Source of the DNA: Squalus acanthias
Taxonomy: Eukaryota
Assembly: GCA_030390025.1 (NCBI GenBank)
Contig: CM059425.1
Coordinates: 176,640,001 to 176,704,000 of the forward strand
Direction of reading: 5' to 3'
Length of the DNA: 64,000 nucleotides
Part shown: piece after piece, positions 51,799 to 63,529 of the stretch
How positions within the stretch are numbered: position 1 is the first letter of the stretch
How the letters are laid out: every line of letters begins with the position of its first letter
Notes under the pieces: generated by a model
Told to the model about the DNA's origin: nothing
The model's input: only the letters and a program-made list of their open reading frames with translations
Databases searched by the model: none
Made by a program: the position numbers and the translations under genes

Positions 51799-51933
51799 CT
51801 GACGAAGGGTCATCAACCTGAAACGTTAACTCTGTTTCTTTCTCTACAGATGCTGCCTGACCTGCTGAGTATTTCCAGCATTTTCTGTTTTTATTTCAAA
51901 TTTCCAGCATCTGCAGTTTTTTGCTTTTGTATC
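51799..51933 (+). mobile_element. Short Penelope-like insertion (P2) with hammerhead motif
   Basis: TSD ATAAAAGCT. CUGACGA-AGGGUC-auc-AACCU-GAAACGUUAAC. Confidence 0.8.
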
Positions 51934-52299
51934 ATAAAAGCTATTCAAAGAAGCTAACTGCAGATATGTAAGAAGATTGCAATAACACCTACAGTGACAA
52001 ATACAAGAAGAATGAGAAGTCTCTAAGGAGGTAATTGCTGACGTTTAGTAAATGGTAGCAGATGATTTGAGGGTGTCAAGAACTTCTCTGTCTCTGATTG
52101 TTTTTCACCACTACCTATTTCAACCATATGCTTGTAATTTAGTTGACATTAGACAAAATGCATTGTCCACCTCAATTCAAATCGTGAGGTATAATTAATA
52201 TAAATGTGGTTTGCAATGTACAATTAAGAATCTGGTGTGTGAATACCCAGTGCCCACTTGTCTCCTTTAGCCAGTTATCTATGCCAGGTGCTATGGGGC

Positions 52300-53031
52300 G
52301 AATAGTAGGAAACAGTGAATAGGATAGTAACAGACTTCAGAAGAACATAGAAAGACTGCTGAAATGGGCAGACACATGGCAGATAAAATTTAGCGTGGAG
52401 AAGTGTGAAGTGATGCATTTTAGAAGGAAAAATTAGTAGAGACAGTATAAACTAAATGGTATAATTTTAAAGGGGATGCAGGATCAGAGTGACTAGGGGG
52501 TTTACAAACAAAAATCTCTGCTGGTGGCAGGACAAGTTGATAAAGCTGTTAAAAAGCATACTGGATCCTTGGCTTTAAAAATAGAGTACAAAAGCAAGGA
52601 AGTTATGCAAAATCTTTGTAAATCATTGGTTAGACATCAGCTAGAGTATTGTGTACAATTCCAGGCACCACACTGTAAAAAAGATGTCAAGGCCTTGGAG
52701 AGGGTGCAGAGGAGATTTACCAGAATGCACCAGCGATGAGGAAATTCAGTTATCTGGAGAGACTAGAGAAACTGGGATTGTTCTCCTTAAAGCAGAGAAG
52801 GTTATGGGAGATTAAATAGAGGTGTTCAAAATTGAGGGGTTTTGATAGAGTAGATAGGGAGAAACTGTTTCTACTGGCAGGAGGGTTGGTAACCAGAGGA
52901 CACAGATAAAAAATAATTGACAAAAAAGCCAGTGGGAGATTTTTTTACTCAGTGAGTTATTATGATCTGGAATGCCTTGCCTGAAAGGGTGGTGGAAGCA
53001 GATTCAATGGTATCTTTCAAAAGGGAATTGG
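52300..53031 (+). mobile_element. CR1 3' fragment; resumes at 61943-62090
   Basis: CR1 C-terminal motifs. aagggaatTGG|...|TGGatc continuity across the Harbinger insertion. Confidence 0.8.
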
Positions 53032-53921
53032 GGCCGCGAATTTTGGCAACTTAGTGCCAGCTGTTAAGGCCGGTTTCGGCAAAAAATTGGCTGCCACCTC
53101 GCTTCTGCCCACTTCCGAAGCGGGCTGCGGCGGCCGCCATTTTGGGCAGGTCGATAGCGTGGCCGTTGTCTGCGTTCGCTTGAAGAATTGCCCAACAGGT
53201 TCATGTTTATGTTCCACACGAGCCTCTACCCACCTTGCTTCATCTCACCCTCTTAACATATCTACCTGTTGCTTTCTCCTTTATGTGCTTATCTAGCTTC
53301 CCCTAAAATGCATCCAAGCTATTCGCCTCAACCACTGCATGTGGCAGCGAATTCCACATTCTCACCACTCGCTGAGTAACGAAGTTTCTCCTGAATTCCT
53401 TATCGGATTTATTAGTGATTATCTTGTATTAATGACTCTTAGTTTTGGATTCCCCACAAGTGGAAGCATAGGCCTAGAAATTCGGGTGTTAAACGCCACC
53501 CGTTACCAGGCTGGTGTCGGGAGCGACGAGACCGGAGGTCCAGTGAGTATTTAAACTCACTTTCGCGGGCTTTTCTTTCACAGGCTGGTGTCGGGAGCGG
53601 CGAGACCGGAGGTCCAGTAAGTATTTAAACTCACTTTCGCGGGCTTTTCTTTTACAGGCATACCAATCTCAGACTGGCGATTCAAAACATGATGCGGGCA
53701 GGAGGGAGCAGTTGATTGGGTGAGTACGGCTAGGTAAGTATTTATACTACTCTATAGTTTGACAGTTAAGGTTCATAGTTTATAAAGTTTAGAAGGTCTT
53801 AATTTTGTGGATATAGTTTCTAGTGCTAGTAACCAAGAGCCCTTGAGTATATCATTTAATTGAGTGTAATTGGTGGTATTGATTTGATTTAATTTAAGTT
53901 CAATTAATTAAAGGGTAAGTC

Positions 53922-54872
53922 ATGACAGGACAGCCCAGCCCCGTGTTATGCTCCTCCTGCTCGATGTGGGAAATCAGGGACCCTTCCTGTGTCCCTGACA
54001 ACCATGTGTGTGGGAAGTGTATCCAGCTGCAGCTACTGACAGACCGCATTGCAGCGCTGGAGCTGCGGATGGATGCGTATTGGAGCATTCGCGATGCTGA
54101 GAACCTCGTGGATAGCACGTTTAGCGAGTTGGTCACACCGCAGGCAAAGGGTGTACAGGCAGGAAGTAAATGGGTGACCACCAGGCAGAGTAAGAGGTGA
54201 AGGCAGGTAGTGCAGGGGTCCCCTGTGGACATCCCCCTCTCAAACAGATATACCACTTTGGATACTGTTGGGGGGGATGACTTATCAGGGGAAGGCAGCA
54301 GCAGCCAACTTCCTGGCACCATGGGTGGCTCTGCTGCACAGGCTGGGAGGAAAAAGAGTGGAAGAGCTATAGTGATAGGGGACTCAATTGTAAGGGGAAT
54401 AGATAGGCGTTTCTGCGGCCGCAACCGAGACTCCAGGATGGTGTGTTGCCTCCCTGGTGCAAGGGTCAAGGACGTCTCGGAGCGGCTACAGAACATTTTG
54501 GAGGGGGAGGGCGAACAGCCAGCTGTCGTGGTGCACATAGGCACCAACGATATAGGTAAAAAAGGGGATGAGGTCCTAAAAGCATAATATAGGGAGTTAG
54601 GAGGTAAATTAAAAAACAGGACCTCAAAGGTAGTAATCTCAGGATTGCTACCAGTGCCACGTGCTAGTCAGAGTAGAAATAGGAGGATATTTCAAATGAA
54701 TACGTGGCTAGAGGAATGGTGCAAGGGGGAGGGATTCAAATTCCTGGGACATTGGAACCGGTTCTGGGGGAGGTGGGACCAGTACAAACTGGACGGTCTG
54801 CACCTGGGCAGGGCCGGGACCGCTGTCCTAGGGGGAGTGTTTGCTAGTGCTGTTGGGGAGGGTTTAAACTAA
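53922..54872 (+). pseudogene. CR1 ORF1: zinc finger/leucine zipper plus SGNH esterase
   Basis: CSSC...CGKC zipper, IVIGDSIVR, CLPGARV, VVHIGTND, DGLHL. One frame with two premature stops (54198, 54585). Confidence 0.9.
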
Positions 54873-54916
54873 AGTGGCATGGGGTTGGGCACCTGAGCAG
54901 GGAGACAGAGGAAAGC

Positions 54917-57793
54917 GTGTCAGGAAGGGACAGAAGGTATGGAGTAAAAGGTAAAGTGTTAAAAAAGGAAAAAGCAGGAACTAAGTGTCACAAAACATAT
55001 TTGAAAGGTCTTTATCTGAATGCACGTAGCATTCGTAACAAAATGGACGAGTTAACGGCACAAATAACTACGTATGGGTATGATCTTGTGGCCATTACAG
55101 AAACATGGCTGCAGGGTGACAACGACTGGGAATTAAATATGCCAGGGTATTTAACAATCAGGAAGGACAGGCAGGAAGGAAGGGGAGGTGGGGTGGCTAT
55201 GTTAATAAAGGAAGGAATCACTGTAATACAGAGAAATGATATTGGGTCAAAGGATCAGGATAATGAAACAGTTTGGGTGGAGATAAGGAATAATAAGGGG
55301 GAAAAAAACACCAGTGGGAGTAGTATATAGGCCTCCTAATAGTTGCAACTCTGCTGGAAGAAGTATTAATCAGGAAATAGTTGGGGCATGTAATAAGGGA
55401 ACAGCTATAATTATGGGGGATTTTAACTATCATATTAACTGGACAAATCAAATTGGGCAGGGCAGCCTTGAGGAAGAGTTTATTGAGTGTATTAGGGATG
55501 GATTTCTTGAGCAGTATGTAACTGATCCTACAAGGGGGCAAGCAACCTTGGACCTGGTCCTGTGTAATGGGTCAGGATTAATTAATAATGTCCTAGTTAA
55601 GGATCCCCTTGGACTGAGTGACCATAACATGGTTGAATTCCATATCCAATTAGAGGGTGAGAAGGTTGGTTCTCAAACAAGCGTACTGAGCTTGAATAAA
55701 GGAGACTATGATGGTATGAGAACAGAATTGATTAAAGTGGACTGGGAAAATAGATTAAAGGGTAAGACGGTACATGAGCAATGGTGTTCATTTAAGGAGT
55801 TATTTTACAACTTTCAAAAAAAATATATTCCACTGAGGAAAGAAGGGTGTAAAAGAAATGACAGCCATCCGTGGCTAAGTAAAGAAATTAAGGATAGTAT
55901 CCGACTAAAAACAAGGACACATAAGGTAGCCAAACTTAGTGGGAGGATAGAAGATTGGGAAGTCTTCAAAAGACAGCAAAAAGTAACTAAAGGATTGATT
56001 AAGAAAGGGAAGATAGATTATGAAAATAAATTAGCAAAAAATATAAAAATAGATAGCAAGAGTTTCCATAGTTATATAAAAAGAAAAAGGGTGGCTAAGG
56101 CAAACGTAGGTCCCTTAGAGGATGAGACCGGGAAATTAATGGTGGGAAACATGGAGATGGCAAAAATACTGAACAAATATTTTGTTTCAGTCTTTACGGT
56201 AGAGGACAGAATATCCCAACACTGGACAAACAGGGGGCTCTAGTAGGGGAGGAGCTAAATACGATTAAAATCACTAAGGAATTGGTACTCAGTAAAATAA
56301 TGGGACTCAAGGCGGATAAATCCCCTGGACCTGATGGCTTACATCCTAGGGTCTTGAGGGAAGTGGCAGTAGGGATTGTGGATGCTTTGGTAATAATTTT
56401 CCAAAATTCCCTGGACTCAGCAAAGGTCCCGGCAGATTGGAAAACTGCTAATGTAACACCCTTATTTAAAAAGGGTAGTAGGCAGAAGGCTGGAAATTAT
56501 AGACCAGTTAGCCTAACATCTGTGGTGGGTAAAATTTTGGAGTCTATTATTAAGGAGACAGTAACGGAACATTTAGATAAACATAATTTAATAGGACAAA
56601 GTCAGCATGGCTTTATGAAGGGGAAGTCATGTCTGACAAATTTGCTTGAGTTCTTTGAGGACATAACGTACAGGGTGGATAAAGGGGAACCAGTGGACAT
56701 AGTGTATTTAGACTTCCAGAAGGCATTCGACAAGGTGCCACATAAAAGATTATTGCTCAAGATAAAAAATCACTGGATTGGGGGTAATATTCTGGCATGG
56801 GTGGAGGATTGGTTATCTAACAGGAAGCAGAGAGTTGGGATAAATGGTTCATTCTCGGACTGGCAACCAGTAGCCAGTGGTGTTCCGCAGGGGTCGGTGC
56901 TGGGTCCCCAACTCTTTACAATCTATATTAACGATTTGGAGGAGGGGACCGAGTGTAACACATCAATGTTTGCAGATGATACAAAGATGGGAGGGAAAGT
57001 AGAAAGTGAGGAGGACATAAAAAACCTACAAGGGGATATAGACAGGCTGGGTGAGTGGGCGGAGATTTGGCAGATGCAATACAATATTGGAAAATGTGAG
57101 TTTATGCACTTTGGCAGGAAAAATCAGAGAGCAATTTATTATCTTAATGGCGAGAAACTGGAAAGTACTGCAGTACAAAGGGATCTGGGGGTCCTAGTGC
57201 AAGAAAATCAAAAAGTTAGTATGCAGGTGCAGCAGGTGATCAAGAAGGCTTTTATTGCTGGGGGGATAGATTATAAAAACAGGGAGGTATTGCTGCAGTT
57301 ATATAAGGTATTGGTGAGACCGCACCTGGAATACTGCATACAGTTTTGGTGTCCATACTTAAGAAAAGACATACTTGCTCTCGAGGCAGTACAAAGAAGG
57401 TTCACTCGGTTAATCCCAGGGATGAGGGGGTGGACATATGAGGAGAGGTTGAGTAGATTGGGACTCTACTCATTGGAGTTCAGAAGAATGAGAGGCGATC
57501 TTATTGAAACATATAAGATTGTGAAGGGGCTTGATCGGGTGGATGCGGTAAGGATGTTCCCAAGGATGGGTGAAACTAGAACTAGGGGGCATAATCTTAG
57601 AATAAGGGGCTGCTTTTTCAAAACTGAGATGAGGAGAAACTTCTTCACTCAGAGGGTAGTAGGTCTGTGGAATTTGCTGCCCCAGGAAGCTGTGGAAGCT
57701 ACATCATTAAATAAATTTAAAACAGAAATAGACAGTTTCCTAGAAGTAAAGGGAATTAGGGGTTACGGGGAGCAGGCAGGAAATTGGACATGA
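54917..57793 (+). pseudogene. CR1 ORF2: APE endonuclease plus reverse transcriptase
   Basis: YLNARSI, AITETW, RGGGV, YRPP, MGDFN, SDHN, NYRPVSLTS, GVPQGSVLGP, FADDTK. Frameshifts near 55308 and 56210. Confidence 0.93.
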
Positions 57794-58322
57794 GGCTGAG
57801 TTTGGATCGGTCAAGGCCCTGTGGGTGGCGGAGCGGGCCCAGGGGCTGAGTGGCCGGGTCCTGCTCCTACTTCTTGTGTTCTTTAGATTTGAGGTTAGGA
57901 TCAGATCAGCCATGATCTTATTGAATGGCAGAGCAGGCTCGAGGGGCCGATTGGCCTACTCCTGCTCCTATTTCTTATGTTCTTATGTTCTTATAATCGG
58001 GCGAAGAAATGGCGGCCTCCGCTCTTCCGCCAGCTGGCAGCGGGTCCCATGGCGGATGCCATTTTGCGATGGCTGGCAGTGTTGCCGATAGAAATGATCA
58101 CTGAGGGGATTGAAATTATGCAGATCGTGACGTCAGTGAGTGTGCAATGCTGATTTGACGCACAATCTTCTCATTTGGATGTCGCTGCTCGACTGCACAC
58201 ACTCTCCATATCACGCACAGCAGAACATGCATTTAACTGCACGAGGGACATCAGTGAGTGTGCAATGTTCACTTGATGCATGATCTGCTATTTTGATCTG
58301 CTCAGACCTCTTGCTCCCAGTC

Positions 58323-59618
58323 ATGAGGGCTCTGTTTGCAGGCCCCCTCGCACTGGAGCATGACAGGGAGATGGAGCAGAGGCAGAAAAGAAGAGGACAA
58401 GCTGCTTACAGAGGGAGGAGGAGGGGCAGGAGGGCTCTCAGTAGGAGGCCTTACCTGTCTAGCCTCTTCCGAGAGCACTTCTACTAACCTGCACTTAAAC
58501 TAGGAGCAGTGTATTTGGAGGCTCCGCTTCACCAAGGAGGTGATCACAGAACTCTTCCACCTCTTGGAACCAGACCTGCAACCTCAGAGCAGGATGACAA
58601 TTGTGCTGCCAGTGGCCCTCATAGTCACCGTGGCCCTCAATTTTTTCACCACCTGATCCTTCCAGTCTCCAGCAAGAGACATAGCTAACATCTCCCTGTT
58701 CGCCATCCATCACTGCTTCCGGAAGGTCACAGAGCCTCTCTACTCCAGGAGAAGTGACTTCATTGTCTTCTCTTTGAACAGAGAGAAACAGGAGGAGCAC
58801 AATTGTGGCTTTGCCAGGATACCGGGCAGGGTGCAGGGTGCCATTGACTGCAAGCATGTGGCTTTGCGGCCACCGCATGTCAATCCTGAGATGTACTGCA
58901 ACCGCAAAGGCTACCACTCTCTTAACGTGCTGTTAACCACGCCTAGCACATCATGATGGTCAATGCCTGCTATCCTGGCAGCAATCAGGATGCCTTCATC
59001 TTGTACCAGTCTGGTGTGCCAGCAATCTTCCAGCCACTATGTCAAACCCAAGGGTGGCTGCTCGGAGACAAGAGCTATCCACTCTACACCTTCCCTCCGC
59101 AACCCCACCACTCATGGCCAGCAATCATATACTGAGAGCCATGCTGCCATGAGGAACCTCATCGAGCAGACCATCGAGGTGCTAAAGCAATGGTTCCACT
59201 GCCTTTACCGCTCGGGAGGAGCCCTCCGGTACACGCCGGAGCGGATGTCCCATTTTGTAGTGGTCTGCTTCATCCTCCACAGCTTGGTCATCATGATGGT
59301 GCAGCCCTTGTCACCACGGGTTCTGTGAGCACCTCAGGAGGAGGGGGAGGAGGAGGAGGAAGAGGAGGAGGAGGAGGAGGAAGAGGAGGAAGAGGAGGAG
59401 GAGGAGGAGGAGGAGGAGGAGGAAGAGGAGGAGGAGGAGGAGGAGGAGGAGGAGGAGGAGGAGGAGGAGGAGGAGGAGGAGGAGAGGAGGAGGAGGAGGA
59501 GGAGGAGGAGGAGGAGGAGGAGGAGGAGGCGGAGGAGGAAGGGATGAGGCAGGCTGCAGATCCCCGTTCTGGACAGGCTGTCCGTGAGCACCTCATCTAC
59601 TCCGGTTCCAATGAATGA
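58323..59618 (+). pseudogene. Harbinger DDE transposase (HARBI1-like)
   Basis: VQGAIDCKHVALR, NRKGYHSLNV, YPGSNQDAFIL, GWLLGDKSYP, RNLIEQTIEVLKQWF.CL motifs. Confidence 0.9.
59336..59540 (+). repeat. (GGA/GAG)n microsatellite, ~200 bp, at the transposase acidic tail
   Basis: Directly visible. Confidence 0.95.
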
Positions 59619-59784
59619 AACCCCAGATCCCTGTTGCCCACCACTTCCCCACCTCACCATACCTCTGTCACGGAACATCACAGTGTCCTCTTGGGCACAA
59701 TGGTGAAATGAGAGCCACCACAAAACAAATATTCCAAACATAATTTATAAATGAATCAATCCAATACTATATAACAATGTCAAC

Positions 59785-61645
59785 TCATCACTCTTGTGCA
59801 TTCCCATTAGTGTTGGTCTTTTGTGTACCTTTGCCTACTCTGGTGCTCCTATGCAACGCTGTCCCAATGGCTGCAGCATGGCTGGTGGAAGGCTGCTGAC
59901 TTTTCATGGGGGACACTGCAGATAGCCTTGCAGGACGACCTCGAGTAGCTCTGGGCCTAGAAGGCCCGGCTATAGACTGCATCACCTCGGCATGGGTGGC
60001 AGTAGTCTAGGCTGGCTGGCTGACAACCAGCAACAAGGGCGCTGGGAGTACAAATGCTGTCATCCTGAGAGAGGACAGCAGGCTCTTGCTCCATGGAGCC
60101 ACTGCCACTCTCCCGGAGCGGTGCCTCAGCATTCCTAGCCATCTGTTGGACCACAAGTTGCTGGACTGCTGTGAGACACTGCAAGCCCCTTTCCACACTT
60201 GTAAACCCAACCACGACGGTGTCAGTCTGAGCTTGCATGGCAGCAAGCTGAGCCTGATTAAGAGCACTCTGAGCTTCCAATGCAGCACTCAGACATTGGG
60301 TCGCTTATGCTTGTAGTTCAATGGAAGCTGCGACATCGCCCATCACACCCAGCATCACGGTTGGGTCCACAAGTGCTCTAATGGAGTTGCCCATCACTTC
60401 TATCCTGGAAATCATGGGCTCCAGGCTCCGTGCAAAGCCCCATGTAGTGTTGGAGCCGGACTCCTCCATGCTCCATGACACTGACAAGAGGGTCTCTGGC
60501 AGGCCTGTTATTGCATCAAGCATTTCTGTGTGCATGCCCATCACCCTTCTTCTGAAGGCCGCCTCATCGCAATCATTATCTGCAGCAGAACTCGTGTGCG
60601 AACTTGCCCTCTGGGGAGCTGGCACCTGAGCTACCCTTTCCCCCTGGCCGGCTGCAGCCCACTTGTGCCCAGTGACTCACCACGTGCAGATTCCGCCTCT
60701 ATACAACCCTCTAACGTTCGCGCAGTGCCATTTTCTGAGCCGGTGCCTGGGAGTGTCAGATCGAGCGACGGTGTCTCTTCTCCAACACTCTCCTCTTCTA
60801 CTTGGACGGGGACAAGCTGGGCTGCTGGCAGTTCTTGGGTATCTGAAAGGAGAAAGGCACAAGGGTCGGATTGTGGTGAGGGGAGGGGGGTGAAACAAGA
60901 TGTGCATGCTTACACCATCAGCAGCTTGTAAGTGAGAAGAGATTGTGGGAGGAGGGGAAAGTGGGATGTTAGAAGAAGGATTAGGTATGAGCATAGCATC
61001 ATCAGCATTGCTTTCAACCTCGGCGCTCATCACGGCCTCAGTGACGGCCCCTCCAATGATCTCCAGCACCATCTCCTCCAGCTCAGTAACATTTTGAAGA
61101 CATGCTTCCCCCACGGCCTGCCTGTGCTGCTCACGGCGGTTGTGAGCCACCTTGTCCTGCAAGAGAAAGGGAAGTGTGTCAGTGAGTGTGGTTGGGTGAT
61201 GTGCCTGTCATGATTGAATAGCTGCATTGTGTGTAAGGTGTGAGATATGGATGTGAGGTTTTCAGTGTGTGAGGGTGAGATGAAGCTATGATTGTGAGGT
61301 ATGAGTCGTGATTGCTCGAGATTGTTGGTAGGTGAGTGAATGGGGTGTGGTGCATTGAGCAGTGTGTGAGACTAGTGGTGCAGTTGGTGGGATATGGCAT
61401 TTGAAAACACATTCACTCACCTTGACCACTCGTGTGAGGTCATTAAGCCTCTTGCCGCACTGGATCCAGTTCCTGGGAGCAACACACGTGGCACTGAGCG
61501 CTTGTGCTATCTCCTCCCTCTGCCTTATGGCATTCTGCCTGGAAGGCCTCGAGGACCTGTCTTCTTCTGTGTACCCCCAGGAACAAGGCCTCCTGTGCTG
61601 CATCAGAGAAGTACCTTGCCCTTTCTTTTCTCTGCTGCGACATGG
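59785..61645 (-). pseudogene. Harbinger Myb/SANT-like protein, three exons
   Basis: ERARYFSDAAQEAL...RNWIQCGKRLNDLTRVVK|gtgagt. DKVAHNRREQ exon 2. RGRP and RSTR in the C-terminus. Confidence 0.85.
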
Positions 61646-63529
61646 CTGTATCCACACAGACAATGAGGTGCTTCTGCAACAAATCATCTCCCCTATAAGA
61701 AGTCCAGAGAGCCTAGACAAAATGTTATTGGCCAGTAGACTTCAATATTGCCCCCCCCCCCCAACCCGCCCCCTTGAGGGCTGAGTCAATCAGCATCTGT
61801 TTAGCACTGAGCTCAGCGCTCTAATTATAATGAGCAGACAGCACAAAATTTGCGTGCTGCTTGCACTACTTTGAACGGGTGCGGGCAGATCGCGCTTTGC
61901 GCTCCCCACACCCGTTTTCGGGCCCAATCCAATTTCACCCCCTGGATCTCTATTTAATCAGGAAAAATTTGCAGTGCTATGGGGAAGGAGCAGGGGAGTG
62001 GGACTAATTGAATAGCTCTTTCAGAGAGCCAGCACAGACACGATGGACCAAATGGCCTCCTTCTGTGCTGTATGATTCTATGATTCTATGAACACTGTAT
62101 CAACTCTTTTGATGATTCTCCTCAGGTTAAACATTGCTGCCCTCCTGGCAAAACCTCGTTCACAGTGATTGACATTTCAGTGAGGTTTTGAAGTTTTCTG
62201 CGTGGCTCCAAAATTGAGGTTAGCACAAAGTGGTGACAGAACTTTATCCCACATCTAACTGATCTTATACCTGACCTTGGAGGGCTTGAAGGTTGATATT
62301 CAGTACAAAAAGCAGAAATTGGATTCTCCAATAATGAAGTTTTTCATTAAGATGTATAATATTTTCCTGTGCCAATCCCAAAACCAAAAAAAATGACATT
62401 GATGAGGACTGTATGACAAAACCACTTTCTAAAGAAGACTACCACCAATATAAAATCTATCCAGCCATACATAAATGACTCTGGAAATTAATTAGCTGAA
62501 AACAGCTAGCTGCTTGGTGCATGAAAAGTAAAGTGTCTAAAACATGCAAAAACTTTTAATCTGGTCATAGTCACAAAATACTTGGGCATGATGAGGTGCC
62601 CAGGAACCTACTGAAGATGAAAACAATGCAGGCAACAACAGTAACTAAAACAAATTGACAGTAGGGCTCTGTGCCTTTAAACAGTGGCAACACATTGCAC
62701 ATGGCATTTGGCTGGAGCCATACTACTCCATACAGAAAAGAACCAGAACACTAGACAGCATGGAATATGGAAAAGCCATTTGACCGAGCAAGTCCCTTCT
62801 CTCCAAAAACCACATACAATTCACCCGAGTGTGGACACCAGCCCACCTATGGATTTCTGCATAAAATACTCAAGGGTATTCAAGCAAAGCCATCCTCAAG
62901 TCTTCATTATTCAACCCTTTCTTGCTGCCCTCCATAAACAACATCACCCTCTGCTTCCCCCCCGCCCCCCGCCACACCTTTTCCACCCCCAGCAGTGCAA
63001 GACACATTCAGGGTATATTGCTCCCACCAGCGCAATTCAGGTGGGTAAGGACCAGGAAATGTGGCACTAAGCAATCCTACCTGGTCCTCAATAGAATCCT
63101 GCCTCGTTCAATTTTCCACTTGGACTTAATACTCACATAGATTGCTGTCATTTAATATATAAGTAAGAGCTACATGTATATTAATTGGAGCACACACAAT
63201 TTTCTACCATTTACAATGGGATTCACCTGTTCCCTCAGTTTGCCCATCCACAAAGAGACACTCCATATGTAAAGAAACTCTTGAAAAGGCATTTATAGTG
63301 ATTTTTTTCCTCTTTTTTTCAATGGCATTTTAATGCTGGTTTTTAAAGGTTTTCTGTCTTATTTTTCTGTTTTTTGTTCCTTCCTCAGTATTTTTTTGAC
63401 AGCAGAACATGATCAGAATATTCCTGTGGAATCAAAAACATTCAAAAAGTTTATGCAGAATCCCTGGGAACCTACTGTAACTGAAGCATTCACACAAGAG
63501 CAGACATGAAAAGAGGCATTTACAATACA

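Larger units (their letters stand above)
53507..57992 (+). mobile_element. Near full-length CR1 LINE
   Basis: 5' UTR with 74-bp tandem units, ORF1, ORF2 and (ttcttatg)n tail. Confidence 0.93.
53032..61942. mobile_element. Composite Harbinger element containing a second left end and a full-length CR1
   Basis: TIRs GGCCGCGAATTT / GGGGGTGAAATT (rc), TSD TGG. Internal TIR GGCCTAGAAATT at 53471. Confidence 0.85.

Noticed and set aside
53507..53660. CRISPR-like repeat array
   Set aside because: Contiguous tandem duplication without spacers, in eukaryotic LINE context.
54210..54872. Cellular SGNH lipase/esterase gene
   Set aside because: It is CR1 ORF1, directly upstream of APE-RT.
59190..59741. 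Poly-Gly, poly-Pro and poly-Ser ORFs
   Set aside because: Translations of the (GGA)n microsatellite in different frames.
63393..63510. Plus-strand terminal exon (EHDQNIPVESKTFKKFMQNPWEPTVTEAFTQEQT*)
   Set aside because: Has an acceptor-like pyrimidine tract, but no recognisable homology or upstream exons.
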